A stretch of 64,000 nucleotides of DNA from Selaginella moellendorffii (GCF_000143415.4 NW_003314261.1:558001-622000); one strand, 5' to 3'; counted from the first letter of the stretch, positions 36,001 through 51,001 are shown. Notes: generated by a model not told the origin, from the letters alone. Made by a program: numbers and translations.

Positions 36001-37981
36001 TTAAAACACCAAAATTATGACACTAGAGGATCCTTAGGAGGGGCTGGTAGTATAAAACACAATTATTGAGGCAAATGGACAAATCTTGATAAGCATATAC
36101 ATCTTCACCAACCGAGGTAAGCCAATTTCTCCTTTCTCGGCTTTTCTTGTTTCTTTCTTAGACTCATGGAAGCTAATTTTTCAGGAACAAGCAACAAAAT
36201 CATCATTGATCACATTGATTATTAGATGTATTGATTTCTTTCTTTTCATTCTTCTTATGATTTTTTACTTGTTTCCTTCTTTGATCTTGACATTTTCCAG
36301 GGGAGAAATCACCTAGGATCATGGTGTCATTGTGCGAGCTAAAGGATGTAATTGTTTTTAGTTTTTCTGTCGTAAGACAGTACATTTTCAAGTGAATGGA
36401 CCTACTGAACTAAACGAATGGGTATTTTAAACTTCTTATTTGTCATTCTCGGCTGACTGGAGGATTCTCATAGCACTCGGACCTCTTCTCAACAGGATGC
36501 GAAGAGGAAATTCTCAATTCTTATTCTCGTGGTAAAGGTAGTCTTGTGTAGAGACTTTCCAAGACATGATGAGGAAATAGAGCGCTTCTCTTCCCTGAAA
36601 GCCCCAGGACCTTTTTTGAGCAGGAGATCCGATACCCGTGAGTTGCATTCTCCATTTGAGCAGGCATGGACGATCGAGGGGAGGGGAAGAGAACGAGAGC
36701 TAGATCCCGCCCGAATTCTGCTGCACAAGAAAGAAGATTGTGGTGAAGCGATGGAAGTGGTCTCACAAACCTGTTTATGCCATCTTCAGTCGCCGCAGGT
36801 ACCAGTGAACAAACGACCCCATCCCAGTCTCAAAAGGTACATACGTCTCCATCTCGAACAGCTGCTGTACTCAACTTCATATGGCGGAGGATTACTCGTC
36901 TCAAGCTCGAAGATGCGAAACTGCTTTCTGGAGAGCTTGGCGATAGTGGCGAGGAGCCAACTTGTAGTACGGGAAATCTTCTCTACTCCACGATGGGAAA
37001 CTTGAGGAGCGGCGCCATGGCTCACCGGACGTTGGTGACGTCAAATAGAACCTGTTCGGGCTCACAAAGTAGATCGCTTTTACCGCTCTTTCTTCCTTGG
37101 CAGCAGCAACGATCGATCCAAAACTCCTCTCGTTCAAGCTCTTGCACCATTGGTGTTCTTTCTTATGATCACTCTTGACGACTGCCACTACCTCCTTCGT
37201 AGATGATCTTCACCCCGTTTCGCTCCAGTATCGTCGATCGCTCCGTGGCCACGACATCAATCCCTAGCACATATGCATCGTTCTTTGCGAGCTCCAGAGC
37301 TCCCAGGAATCCACGACCAAGGCCCGAACGATCTTCTCTATTTGCTTGTGCTCCTGGACTGTATATGCTCCAGGCAGCGCGAGCAGTGCGAGAATCGCCA
37401 GCAAGAAGACTCTTGATTGCCAGCTCCGAGATCCAGATTAACGGCCACCCGAGATCCATATTAAGGTGATCCCCTCGAGGAAAGAATGTGAGAGACTAGG
37501 AGGAACAGCACCACGACCGGCAAACTGGATCCACCAAGGCTTTGGATTCGATCCTTCTGTCAAGTTCGGTCAAGAGAATCCCATGAGCACTCGCGCCCTC
37601 CGTGGTTGTGGATTGCGCCTCCCTCAAAACAAAACTATAGCTCTTCCAATCCAAAAGATGTCCTCCTCTTGAGTGAGGATTGAGTTCCAAGAAACGAAAA
37701 CAAAACCTTTCTTTCTTCAAATACCCTCTTTGGGCATATTTGGCAAGCATGACATTCCACTCCCCGCTCCGAGAGAGCCGATCACGAGTAAGGAATATCC
37801 CATTTTCAAACACCGAGCTCTACTAAGTTTTTCAATCGTGATCGAGAAGAGCCCTGATGGTAGCTAGCTTGGGATCCAAAGGATAGAGTTACTCCCGCCA
37901 AACTTAATCCCACGGCCTGATCAATCCTGTGATGTTAGAAGAGGGATTAAGTTCTATCGAGGATTAAGTTATAAACTTCCT

Positions 37982-39566
37982 TTAGAGAATGCTATAGCTA
38001 TGGCAAACGTCCTCCACAGTGGCAAACGCAGCCTCAAAGAAGGAAGCGTCCAGGCCATGCTTGAGATACTGATGAAGGTAGGCCTTGGAGTAAAACATGG
38101 CGTAAGCTCGAGTGAGGGCCTTGGACGCCGGAAGAATGGCACCCTGGCAATTGCTCATCATCCCAACAGCAAGCCCTCCATCCTTGATTATCTCCTTGTC
38201 GTTGGCACAGACGTTTAGAGGATCGATGCACCAGCTCGGGTATAAGCTCGGCTCCCTCATCATGCTCACGTCGGCTGTCCCGGCGCCGGGGCCCCGGAGC
38301 GCCAGCAAACTCGCCACCGATTTTTGCACCGACTTGGCCAGCCTCGTCTCGCCGGGGACTTGCTCCAGCTCCACCGGATACGCGATGCGTTTCAGCTGTT
38401 TGAGCTGCGATGGCCACGCGAAAGTTGTAAAGTCGAGGGACTCCACACGGACCTGTGTGTCAAAGTCGGGCGAAGATTGGAAACCAATGTGAGTGCGAGA
38501 ATTCTCCGAGAACTCTTGAGGGACGAACCTGTGGTGTGGAGTAGACTGTGAGCATTCGGTACGCCGGATGAGCACACAGAGCGTAGGCCAAGTCGGAGAG
38601 GAGCCTCACTCGGAGCTGGGAGGAGTTGCAAGTTGAAGCTTGCGAGGCTTGGATCGGCCTCCAAAACGAAGGTAGCAGCAGCGAGGCCAGAGCATGAGCT
38701 CCGACGCTGTTCATCTCCACGAACGAAGGGCTTGGGATTCCGAGAGTTTTCTTGCAAGCCGCGACGAGGGACTCGTTCTCCACCGTGATGATGCCGTCCA
38801 CGACTTCGTGGAGCTTGGCGAGCGTGAGCAAGACGTTGTAGTTTTGCACGACGACCTCGCCGCTCTGGAAGGGCCAGATGCTGTGGCTGAAGATGCAAGC
38901 GGATGGATACTCGTCCTTGAGAGCTTCCAGAACGTAAGCTCCTGGAAAAAACGTAAAAACCAATGGACAAAGCTTGGAAATCTATGTAACAACGAAGAGA
39001 CTCACCAAAACCGGCTCCAGTACCACCAGCCAAGCTCTGGATGCCGAGGAAACCTCCAAAGCAATCGCATTTCTCAACCTACAGGGCACGCAGCAAGCAA
39101 AAGATTGTTTTTGTTCCGGGAAGAATGAATGAATGATCTGGTTCGTCACCTTGAGGCGAATTTGCTCCAACACTGGCTCGCGACATGTAGCTCCGTTGCT
39201 GCAGTAGCCCGCCGCCCAGTTATTTCCAGATCCACTGTCGAGAGTGAAGCAGCTGCGCGAGTCATACTTCCAAGCACCACCATTCGCCTTTCTGGTCACC
39301 GCAGCCACAACCTGTAAAGATTTGTTTGCGAGCGCCAAGCTTAGCAAGATCACCCGGCAAGAGAAAGGAAAGATGGCAATGCCGCTGCTCACCTTGGGCT
39401 CCATGTCGATGAGAAGCGCTCTTGCTCGAGGGAGCTCGCCTTTGCTCCCGCTCTCTTCGAAAAACTCGCAGGGCAAGGGTGATCCGCGCGAGGAGGCCAA
39501 TGCATTGAACAGCGCAAGCCCATACTGGTTTCCACCCTGCCCAAGCTGCAGCACCACCACGCTCAT
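37982..39566 (-). CDS. TUBD1: Delta-tubulin, multi-exon
   Basis: MSVVVLQLGQGGNQ, ARALLIDMEPKV, GSGNNWAAGY, QSLAGGTGAG, WPFQSGEVVVQNYN, MFYSKAYLHQYLKHG are delta-type rather than alpha/beta/gamma motifs. Confidence 0.9.
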
Positions 39567-39749
39567 TGCATCCCTTCCACGATCGTTTCTTGTTTCTCCG
39601 CCAAGAAGATGCGCTTCTTGCCCTGATAAAGAATTTCCATTGGTTGATATGCCCAAGTACTCCAGCTTGGGCTTGATGACAGTGATCTCGGACGCATCTC
39701 AATGCTAATGCCCGCCATGGATGTGCTTGAATTCGATGGGGATGCCCAC

Positions 39750-39777
39750 AAACCCTAAATCAACCCTAAACCCTAAA
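39750..39777. promoter_or_regulatory. Telo-box cluster upstream of delta-tubulin
   Basis: aaaccctaaatcaaccctaaaccctaaa. Confidence 0.5.
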
Positions 39778-40082
39778 CTATCATCTCTTACGTGGCACGA
39801 ATAGAAGCACAACAGCCGTGGCGCGTCACACTCACTGTCATCTTTCTTTTTCGTGAAATACCATTTCTTATCTTCTTCGACGATAACGAAGGCGAAAATG
39901 AAAGACACAGGAGAGAGAGAGAGAGAATGAGAGAAGGTGAGAGAGGGAGTGGTGTTCTTCTTCTACACCTAATGAGCTAGGGGGGAGCTTCTTCTTCTTT
40001 TTTCTTCTTCTTCTGTCTCGAAAGCGAGCGAGCGTGACACCGGTTGGCAAGAGTCCGCGGCTGCTTTGATCGCTGCAAACTA

Positions 40083-41426
40083 TCACGCCTTTTCTTCCTT
40101 GGCATCGCCACCAGCATCATCCTGCTGCTTGATCAATCCAAGCACACAACGTCTCAGTTTTCGCGATCGAAGACAAGATACAAGAATGCAAAGGAGCACA
40201 GCATACCTGCATGTCCGATGTCCACAGCGTGAGATTGTCCCGGAGGAGCTGCATGATCAATGTGCTGTCCTTGTAAGATTCCTCGCCGAGCGTGTCCAGT
40301 TCTGCGATTGCCTCGTCAAAGGCCTGCGCAAAAAGAAAACGGGAAAGGTTGGATGGTAACATCAAACACTTGTAAAAGATGATCACACCTGTTTGGCCAG
40401 CGCGCATGCCCGGTCGGGGGAGTTGAGGATCTCGTAGTAGAACACCGAGAAATTCAGCGCCAGTCCCAGCCGGATGGGATGAGTTGGAGCAAGCTCCGCG
40501 AGAGCAATGTCCTGCAAAATAGGTATCCAAAGATCAATCGCAACAAAAATCACGAAGAATCACAAAGAATAAACTCTTGAACGAGATAAAACCAAGCATA
40601 GAATGAACTACGCCAGAAAAACAAGAACGAGTCGACCAACGTCAAAACAGTAGCCATAAAATCAAACCGCAAACGAACGACACACAAGAGGAGTACCTGC
40701 CTAAACCTCTCAACCAACAACCATAAAAACTCAACCAAAGCGATGAAAACAATCGACCAACAACCATGAAAAATCTCTCGACCAACCATGAAAACTAGCA
40801 ATGAAATGAATCAAACACTCTCGACCAACAACCATGAGAACTCAATCAAGGCAATGAAATCAATCAAACCCACCATGAAAACTCAAATCGAAGAGAAGAG
40901 AAAGAGGGGAAATGGAAAGGGGCAAAAGAACAAAACTTGGTACCTGGGCTGATTTGTAGGCCATCAAAGTGGCCTCGGCCGCCTCCTGCCTCTCTTGGCC
41001 AGTCTTAAACTCGGCCAGGTAGCGATTGTAGTCGCCCTTCATCTTGAGGTAGAACACCTTGGACTCTCCAGTCGAGCAGGATGTGATGAGGTGGGAATCG
41101 AGAAGCCCCAAAATCCCATGGCAGATGTTGCTCAGCTCCGTCTCCACCTTGCCCCTGTAGTTCTTGATCATGCTCACATGCTCCTCGTTGCCCTTGGATT
41201 CCTCCTTCTGCTCGATCGAGGAGATGATCCGCCAAGACGCGCGCCGCGCCCCAATCACATTCTTGTAGGCCACCGACAGGAGATTACGCTCCTCCACTGT
41301 CAGCTCCTCGGCCTCCACCGCCTTGGCGACCTTCTCCATGTATTCCACCATCTCGTCGTAGCGCTCGGCCTGCTCCGCGAGCTTGGCCATGTAGACATTC
41401 TCCTCCTTGGATTCGGGGCCCGGCAT
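40083..41426 (-). CDS. 14-3-3 protein, four exons
   Basis: [63 protein letters not shown]; last exon [12 protein letters not shown]. Confidence 0.96.
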
Positions 41427-42020
41427 TTCGGCAAGAACCTAGGTTACCTGGCGCGCCGATCGATGGATCGGGGGAAAGAAGAGGGACGGGAGCAAGAAGA
41501 GGAATGGATCTCTGGCGCCCTAGGCAGCGCCTTGCTTGCTCCTCCAAGAATCACCGGCGCGCTGCTTGGATCGGAGATGGCGATGGCGATTGCGATGGCG
41601 ACGGGAGGAGCCTGGAAGAAGCGAGAGCGCAAGGGTCAGAGCAACGGAGCGCAGTAAAAATATGGATCTAGGTGCGGTAGAAAACGCTTTTTGCCATGGG
41701 CGTAACTGCCGTACACTGTGGCGGTGATGTAGAAATAAATGCCACGCCCCCATCGACGACCTAGATCAAAGCTAGACACGTTGCCTGGCATCATGACGTG
41801 GCAACACACCGACATTTGCCATGGGTGGGCATTTGCAAGCTATGAGAAAACCATAGTATCAAAAAGCGTGACCTCTTTGCATGTGTGCTAGAACCCTAGA
41901 ACTGCGTGAGCGTTTTCCTTCGTTAGGCATTTTGGATTAGAGAATTTCTCTCAGTGGTATTTGCAGCGCTGGATTGTAAGCTTTTATGCAAATGCCCTCG
42001 AATTTGGAAGGATAAGTTTT

Positions 42021-42043
42021 TTAGGGTTTATGAGTTTAGGGTT
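42021..42043. promoter_or_regulatory. Telo-box motifs upstream of RPT5
   Basis: ttagggttt...ttagggtt just before ATG 42061. Confidence 0.45.
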
Positions 42044-42060
42044 CCAGAGGAGAAAGAGCT

Positions 42061-43856
<1,796 letters not shown>

Positions 43857-46330
43857 GCAAATCATAGAAGGGATAGAAACCCTCGCACATTTGATTGTGA
43901 AAACTCTGATTTTAACGAACTGGGGTTTTAATGACATTCTTAGAATATCTATGCTAGAATATTTTAATTAACGGTAATCTCAACTTAATCTTTCAATGGG
44001 TAAGCCAGTTTGGAGCGGTTGTTATGTTTTTCCAAATCACTGGTCTCGCATTTGCATTATACTGTTCCAGGTTAACTTTCTTCTCTTTCGAGTGTATTGG
44101 TCTCAGGGTATTAAACAACCTGCAGATTATCTTGTCACCTACAAAGTTTTTCACAAAACACTAAACTCCCGTGGCTGAGTCTCTGAATTCCAAGAGTATA
44201 GGAATGTTGTTGCACTCTAGGTGTGGGCTAATGCCCTAGGTAATTCTTTCAATCTCATATTTTTCTGTGTAGCAGTGATATTCCCAATTCTTTGTGACAC
44301 AGTCTGATTTCTATGATAAGCTCTTTATGCATTTGTTTTTTGATTCCTTGGATAAAAAGTTTATCAATTTTCATTTGTGATTCTCATACACTCTTGTTTT
44401 ATGAACAAGATATCAAATGAAGGTTATGAGCAACTTTGACAAGTGTCAATGCTCCTTAAAGCAATGAAAGAACTCCATATAACTATTTTGCCTAAATTTC
44501 AACACATTAGGCCTTTTAAATTAGTTATTTTAGTTGATTATAAAAAAAAGGTGTATGTTGTGATACATGGATGGTTTACTTTGATTCAAATGCCACCGGC
44601 TATAGTCAAAGTCAAGCATTTATATCAATTAAAGTTTTAAGATAAAAAGAAATAAAAATAAAACATATGGATAAAAATAATTAACTTTAAATTATTTTTA
44701 AAAGAAATTAATAGTAAAGATCGTTTGGCATATCAATCACCCCTTTTAGAACTAATAAAATAAAAAATAATATTTTAACAATAATAGAAATAAATTAAAT
44801 ATAAACAGTAAAAATTCTTAAAATATTTTTTTGATCAAACAAAATATACTTTTAGATAGAAAATAGTATAATGCAATATTAATTTTCTCCAATATTTATT
44901 TTTGTTATATAACATTTTATCTCAAATGATGGATAAAGTGGACTTAGTTGTGTGTATGGGCAATCTCAAACTTGAGTATCAGTCATTGCGGGTGTTGTTG
45001 AGTCAAGCTTTTGACCTCATCCTTAGTATAAATTTGTTGCATCACAATCATACCAAATGTGACATTGAGGTTTCTCCCTTTTATTTTATACTTTTTTATA
45101 TTTCATTCATTCTTCTCATTTTCATACTTTTTCATCCCTTTGCTTTTACTCTGCTTTCATTGCTTTTGTCTACCCATTACTTCCTCCTACATTTCCATCT
45201 TGTTTTGCTCTTTCTTTTTTCAATCCCTTCGACAGTCTTTCTGTTGCAATAATTGACCGGCTCATGAAAAAGTATTCTGATCTCTTTGAATTTGACATAT
45301 CGTTTGGGGCCAAGATTGCCACATGTCATCTAATTCCAACTAGGGATATTTATCCAATCAAGGTCCTTGTTCGTCGTCAGTCCCTTGAAGAGATTAAGAT
45401 TTTACGTGCAAATATTAAGTAGATGTTAGAAAAGGTTATTTGAAAGTCACAGAGTTTTTGGGTATGTGAACCTCATTTTGTAATGAAGTCTAATGGGAGT
45501 ATTTGTTTCTGCATCGAGTATCGTTTATTAAATGAAGTGATAATCCCAGATGTGTACCCTCTTTCTCACATTGTTAATTTTTTGGATTGTCTAGGAAGAA
45601 GCTGTTGGTTCACCAAGCTAGATCTTACTTTTGGGTATTGACAAGTACTAATGGCTGAAAAAGATATTCCTAACATTACTTTTCGTACACCGTTTGGTTT
45701 GTATGAGTTCTTGGTAATACCATTTTTAATGCTTTAGCAACTTTTTAGTGGATGATGGACGAAGTTCTTTGTAATATGTTGAAGGTGACTACTAATTTCA
45801 TTGATGATGTCTTGATCCATTCGAAAGGGATGTGGGAGGAACATGTCCGTGATGTTTGTAAAATGTTGGATTGGCTATGGGACATTGGTTTAAAGCTGAA
45901 GCAGTCGAAATGCATGTTTGAGTTTAAGGACATGACTTATGTTGGGTATCATATTTCTCTTGATGGTTTGCAAATTGATCTTGACAAACTTGTGGCTGTT
46001 CTAAAGTTTCTTACTCTAAAGTGTGAATGATGTACAACATTTCTTGGCCAAGGTGCAGTATTTTAGTTGTTCTGTAGATCATCTTTTTTATCACACTACA
46101 CCGTTGCAAGCATTGCTAAAGTCATCAACATCATTTTTCATTTGGTCTATGTACTATAAGTGAGTGTTCATGGATTTCAAAGAGCTATTGACAACTCCTA
46201 TGGTTTTAGTATATCATAATTACACTTGACCTTTTATTTTGCACGTAGATGCTTTTGATATTAGTTTTAGAGGTGTGTTAATACAAGAGAGCCCAAGTGT
46301 GCATGATCAGCACTATCCCATACATACATC

Positions 46331-46430
46331 NNNNNNNNNNNNNNNNNNNNNNNNNNNNNNNNNNNNNNNNNNNNNNNNNNNNNNNNNNNNNNNNNNNNNN
46401 NNNNNNNNNNNNNNNNNNNNNNNNNNNNNN
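46331..46430. other. Assembly gap
   Basis: 100 N. Confidence 0.99.
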
Positions 46431-46922
46431 CGTACTGTTCAATGGGATTTGAAGCTTCAGATATATAATTTTGATGTTGTTCATCACCCAGGGAGTTCTA
46501 TAAGTAATACTGATGCCCTTTCTCGAGCTCCTTTTCCTTCTTTGCTCTCTTTTCATGTTTCTAATGAGCTTGTTATTCTAGTATCTATGGATTTTCTAAA
46601 TGAGGATTCTATACCACTGGTAGTTGCTGTACTTGATATTCAGTGTTTACAAGGTACAGAACAAGATTTACCTTCTCTTGATGAGGTTTGTGAGGCTTAA
46701 AAGTTTGAGCTATGGATTCAAATGCTTCGAAAAGGGTTTAAGAATCTTGCATCACTTGCTAATGACTTGCCATTCCAACATTTACATTCTCAATATCACC
46801 TTGAAAACAGCCTTCTTTATTTTATAGGGACGGATCTTGATGATTATTTATGGTTGGTGGTGCCTTCAATCTTTATTTCACAGTTTCTTCATACATATTA
46901 TGATTTTCTTGTTCTAGATGGG

Positions 46923-47811
46923 TGTAAGCCACAAATTTTTCCTTTCCAATTTGCAAGTTTACCTCGACTATCCGACCAACTCTGCCTTGGCTTGTGCTAA
47001 GTTCCCTCGCCAAGGTTCTCGCCTATGGTACCAGCTCTTACTTGGTCCTACTTGGTTTCAGCTACTCACTGCACGAGCAACGAAGTGTTAGCCATCCATC
47101 TACGGATTCCCAAATCTCTCCCAATCCCCCTCCCCGGGTTAGACTGAACTTAAGGTTCGGCTACACTCTCCGCAGGCACAAGCAGCCAAGCACACCAAGC
47201 CTCCAGATTCCTAACACCCCAAGGTACCACAAGACTTGATCATGGGACCCTCTAAATCCCAAGCCTTGGGTGCAGCACTTGCTTTGGGACGTCGGGGCGA
47301 AACACCGTGGCCTAACGGCCCGGTATGGGTACCTCTACCCCCCCACTTCCATCCCGAAGGGAAGGCCCAAGCCCCTAGGAAGGGCGAGGTCCAGGAACCA
47401 GACTTGAAGGAACTTAGGAGTCTACATTTGGTATCAGAGCGGTCTCGGGTCCGACTCTGTTGGTTGGCTAAGGGAATCACACCACATGTTGATTGACATC
47501 TGGCTGGTCCAGTTTGCTCCCGAGGGGTAGGGTGTCAAGAGAGCGGGGCTCTTGGGAGAGTTGCGGCTCTCAGCTTCCGTTCACGAGGGCGTGAACTTAC
47601 AGGGAAGCGTGGTGGATTGTAAGCAACTAAAGGGAACGATTTGAGAGACGGTCAATGGGGTTCAAATATAGAGGGAAAGGGCCCATAAATAAGAGTGCAC
47701 CCCCTTTTCCAATTGGTTAAGGGTCTTGGGATATTTGGGGTTAAGCGTCCTTGGGTTTGAATAGTACTGGGCTGGGTGACCTCCCGGGAAGTCCAAACTC
47801 AAGAGCTTACA
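46923..47811 (+). mobile_element. 889-bp composite LTR/Cassandra insertion with 5-bp TSD ATGGG
   Basis: Termini TGTAAGC...GCTTACA; ATGGG at 46918-46922 and 47812-47816; PBS tggtatcagagc at 47429-47440; 5S-bearing Cassandra LTR at 47618-47811. Confidence 0.9.
47740..47794 (+). promoter_or_regulatory. 5S rRNA-derived Pol III internal promoter (A box to C box) in the Cassandra LTR
   Basis: gttaagcgtccttgggtttgaatagtactgggctgggtgacctcccgggaagtcc versus plant 5S GTTAAGCGTGCTTGGGCGAGAGTAGTACTAGGATGGGTGACCTCCTGGGAAGTCC. Confidence 0.88.
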
Positions 47812-47836
47812 ATGGGCATATAGGACATCATCATAT

Positions 47837-47978
47837 GATCGAGAAGCTATGTAGGTCTTTTTATTTGCCAAAGATGCAACATGATGTTATCTAATATGTG
47901 CATAATTGATCGAGAAGCTATGTGGGTCTTTCTATTTGCCAAAGATGCAACATGATGTTATCTAATATATGCATAATT
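47837..47978 (+). repeat. 71-bp tandem duplication in the Gypsy integrase
   Basis: gatcgagaagctatgt...gcataatt twice, with about three mismatches. Confidence 0.9.
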
Positions 47979-49950
47979 GCATTTGGTGCCAAGCTTGTAA
48001 TACTCCCTCTAGTGCTATGGAAGGACGGTTGGAGTCAATTGCAATTTCTTGTCCATTTGAGTTGGTAGCGTTTTATCTTATGGGACTTTTTCCACAATCG
48101 ACTGTTGGCAATGAGTATATTATTATTGCTTCTAACTACTTGACTTGTTAGATGGAAGTTGGTGCTCTTGCTAACGGCAACTGCTGTTAGATATTTCCTC
48201 TTCAATTGAGTAGTGTTTTAGCATTTTTGTCCGGAGTGGATTCTTTCAGCTAATGGTTCTGCATTTATGGTTGAGGCATTTCATGTTTTGACATCTTGGT
48301 TAGGGATATACCACACTTTCATAAGTGTTTATTATCCACAATCAAACGGTTTGGTGGAACGGCTCGTTCGGACATTCAAAGGGATGATCATGAAGTATAT
48401 GAACTTTCAACATTAGAATTGAGATGGTTATTTGCTATCTCTTTCATATGCATATGTCACAGGGGTGCAAAGTTTTGTTAGTGATTCACCATATAAACTT
48501 TTATATAGTCATAATCCAATATTACCAAAGGAGCTGGGTTGACTTTTATGATTGCAACGAGCTATCGATGCTAGGTCATAAGATTAATATTTGACAAGCA
48601 TTCTTCCACTTGTTCGAGTAGAATCTACTAAACACCTAGGCTATATACAAGTGGGATAACAACATCACTACAACCCATCATCGTTCGTGGAGTACAAAAT
48701 AAATAACTTAGTGTTAGTATATTTTCCCCATCTTATAATATGTAATTTATCTAAAGGGCTCCTTGCTCAGTGGAAAAGACTATATTAAGTGTTGTGGCAA
48801 GTTGGACCACAAGTTTATGAGGTTTGGCATGACATTCAATAGAGTGATCCTTTACAAATTATGTATATATAACAATTGAAACAATTTGCACAAAAAGATT
48901 AAGAACAATTAAGACCATTTATAGATCCACCAATACCTCTTCCTAATGTTCCACTAGATCCTAGCCTATCTATAAAAGAGCCTTGATGGTTTTCTATTAT
49001 TCCGAAAGGAGGGGATGATGTGAAGTCTAAGTATATGGCTACGAATATTAGTATAGTGGGATTTTGGTAATTATTATATTCTTTTCAATTTAGACAACTT
49101 GCTCTTATATATAAATTAAAGTTTTTGGGTTAATTGATATGTACATTTTCTGTATTCCTTTTCCATATTCCATGCACTCACAAATATGATTTATGTTACA
49201 ATAAAAGATTCATAAAATTTTTATAGTATAAATTTTATTATTTAAAAGCTATAATAAATATATATTAATTATTGTAATGAAAAACAGATAATGACACAAA
49301 TAAATGACAAAACAAAATATTATGACATAAATGCTATATACTTTTAAATTCGTTATTAATGTAGATATTCTTATAATAACTTTCCATTTAGAAAAGAAAA
49401 TATATTATATACATAATAATTTATTTACAATGATAATTTAATTTATTTGTTTAACCTATTCTTTGTCACCTCAGAAATAATGTAGAGCACTATAAAGATT
49501 GATTCTGAAAGGAAAAAAAAAAAAAGGAGAAAGCAAATGGACCTTGCAAGTGTAACATTAAAATCAACAAATTCTTTATTGTTTCAAACTATTCCTTAAT
49601 GTTTTTCATAGATTGAAATAAAATCATCTTCATAAAAAAGCATCTAAAATAAGATGCTACAAGCCAATCCAGATTTGAATCTTGTGGCCTGCCATGCTCA
49701 AAGGCATATTGTTTGAGTGCTTGCCACTAAGTAACTTGATTGCTTGGAATATTCCAGAATCGGCATCTAGACGAATTTTCGCACTTCTTTGTGGAGCACA
49801 ACTTCATCTCGTCGACGATTGGTTTTGATCAAATGCCAGCGATCGATCTGGTTTCATGGACCCGTCGAATATTCGAGTGGACGCGGTCCCATGGCCAGCA
49901 ATGGTCACTATATGCGTCATGCCACGCGGCCCCCTTGCGTTTTACACGCA

Positions 49951-50051
49951 TGTGAAGTACTTTGAAAGGTACCACCTCCCTCCGGAAAAAGAATTTCAAA
50001 GCTGTGAAGTACTTTGAGGTACCACCTCCCTCCGGAAAAAGAATTTCAAAG
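49951..50051 (+). repeat. ~50-bp tandem duplication
   Basis: tgtgaagtactttga(aa)ggtaccacctccctccggaaaaagaatttcaaag twice. Confidence 0.9.
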
Positions 50052-51001
50052 GCCTTTTGACTTGGCCGGCCACGATCCATCTTAAGTTATACGCTCCACA
50101 TATGATTTTATTGACTAATTTGCCGCGATATCGTTTCCAATAGTTTAGATTCGATCATCTTATTCAGTGTGTGAGCAGTAAAGATTAAATACTGGCAATG
50201 GAAGTACATGCCCTTGTAACGTCAGCTTTAACGTTTTTCTCTCGCGTTGCAAAACATTGTTTTCGCCCGAATCTTGAGCGAAGGTTCACAGGCATTGAAT
50301 CAAAGGTGTCAAGATAATCACCGAGAGAAAAAGAAGTTTGAAACGTCTACCAAAATGAACGGCTGGGATTGCGTCAGCTGGGGTAAACTATTATGATAAT
50401 TTCCAATTTGTCACCTTCCCATCCAGGGAGGGCGTATCACATGACGGCGGTCCAAGCTGGACGGCACGGCCACCATGCGGGAAGGTACACCTTCAACGTA
50501 CTGTACGTACCATCTTATCAAGGGATTAAACAATCACTGGAATTGCGGCCAACACGCATTGTGGGGCTTTTTTATTTACCTTTCTTGATTCTTGATCTTC
50601 GCTGGTACTAGCTATGCGGGAGTGCGAGAGAGGGATTAATCGATGACCTAGCTCCTCTCTCTCTCTCTCTCTTCCTGGTGGAATACCTATCGACACCGCC
50701 AGGACCGTCAGGGAGGGTACTCGCTCGCTCGCCACTTGCGCTGCTCTAGATCTAGGCGCCGGTGGCCCGGCCATGGCATGGATTGGAGCTTAGGGATTTG
50801 CTGGCGGAGGCCACCGACGCACGGATCAAGGCGCGCGCGTGATCCAGGGGAGGCATTCGTACTTGGCCGATGATCTTGACGAGTCGCAGTGTAGGCCAAT
50901 CGAATTCGCGCAGTACTGGAGGAGCAAGGAAGAACAGGTGGAGTGTTTATGTGGACCGTTATCGCGGATTTGGAGCGGTGAATTTCTTGGGGTAATCGCC
51001 C

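Larger units (their letters stand above)
45250..49182 (+). mobile_element. Decayed Ty3/Gypsy retrotransposon (RT-RNase H-integrase, PPT, probable 3' LTR from 49019)
   Basis: FCIEYRLLN, KLDL..GY*Q, FRTPFGLYEF, FIDDVLI, HVDA, DALSR, CIWCQ, PQSNGLVER; PPT gaaaggagggga followed by TG; many stops and frameshifts. Confidence 0.88.

Noticed and set aside
38460-38575. Frameshift in delta-tubulin
   Set aside because: A GT-AG intron (ccacag|gttcg...cacag|gtc) explains the frame change.
39750-39777. Interstitial telomere
   Set aside because: Only three imperfect units in a promoter position; better read as telo-boxes.
47740-47794. 5S rRNA gene
   Set aside because: Only the 3' half is 5S-like and it sits inside a TRIM LTR; not a full 120-nt gene.
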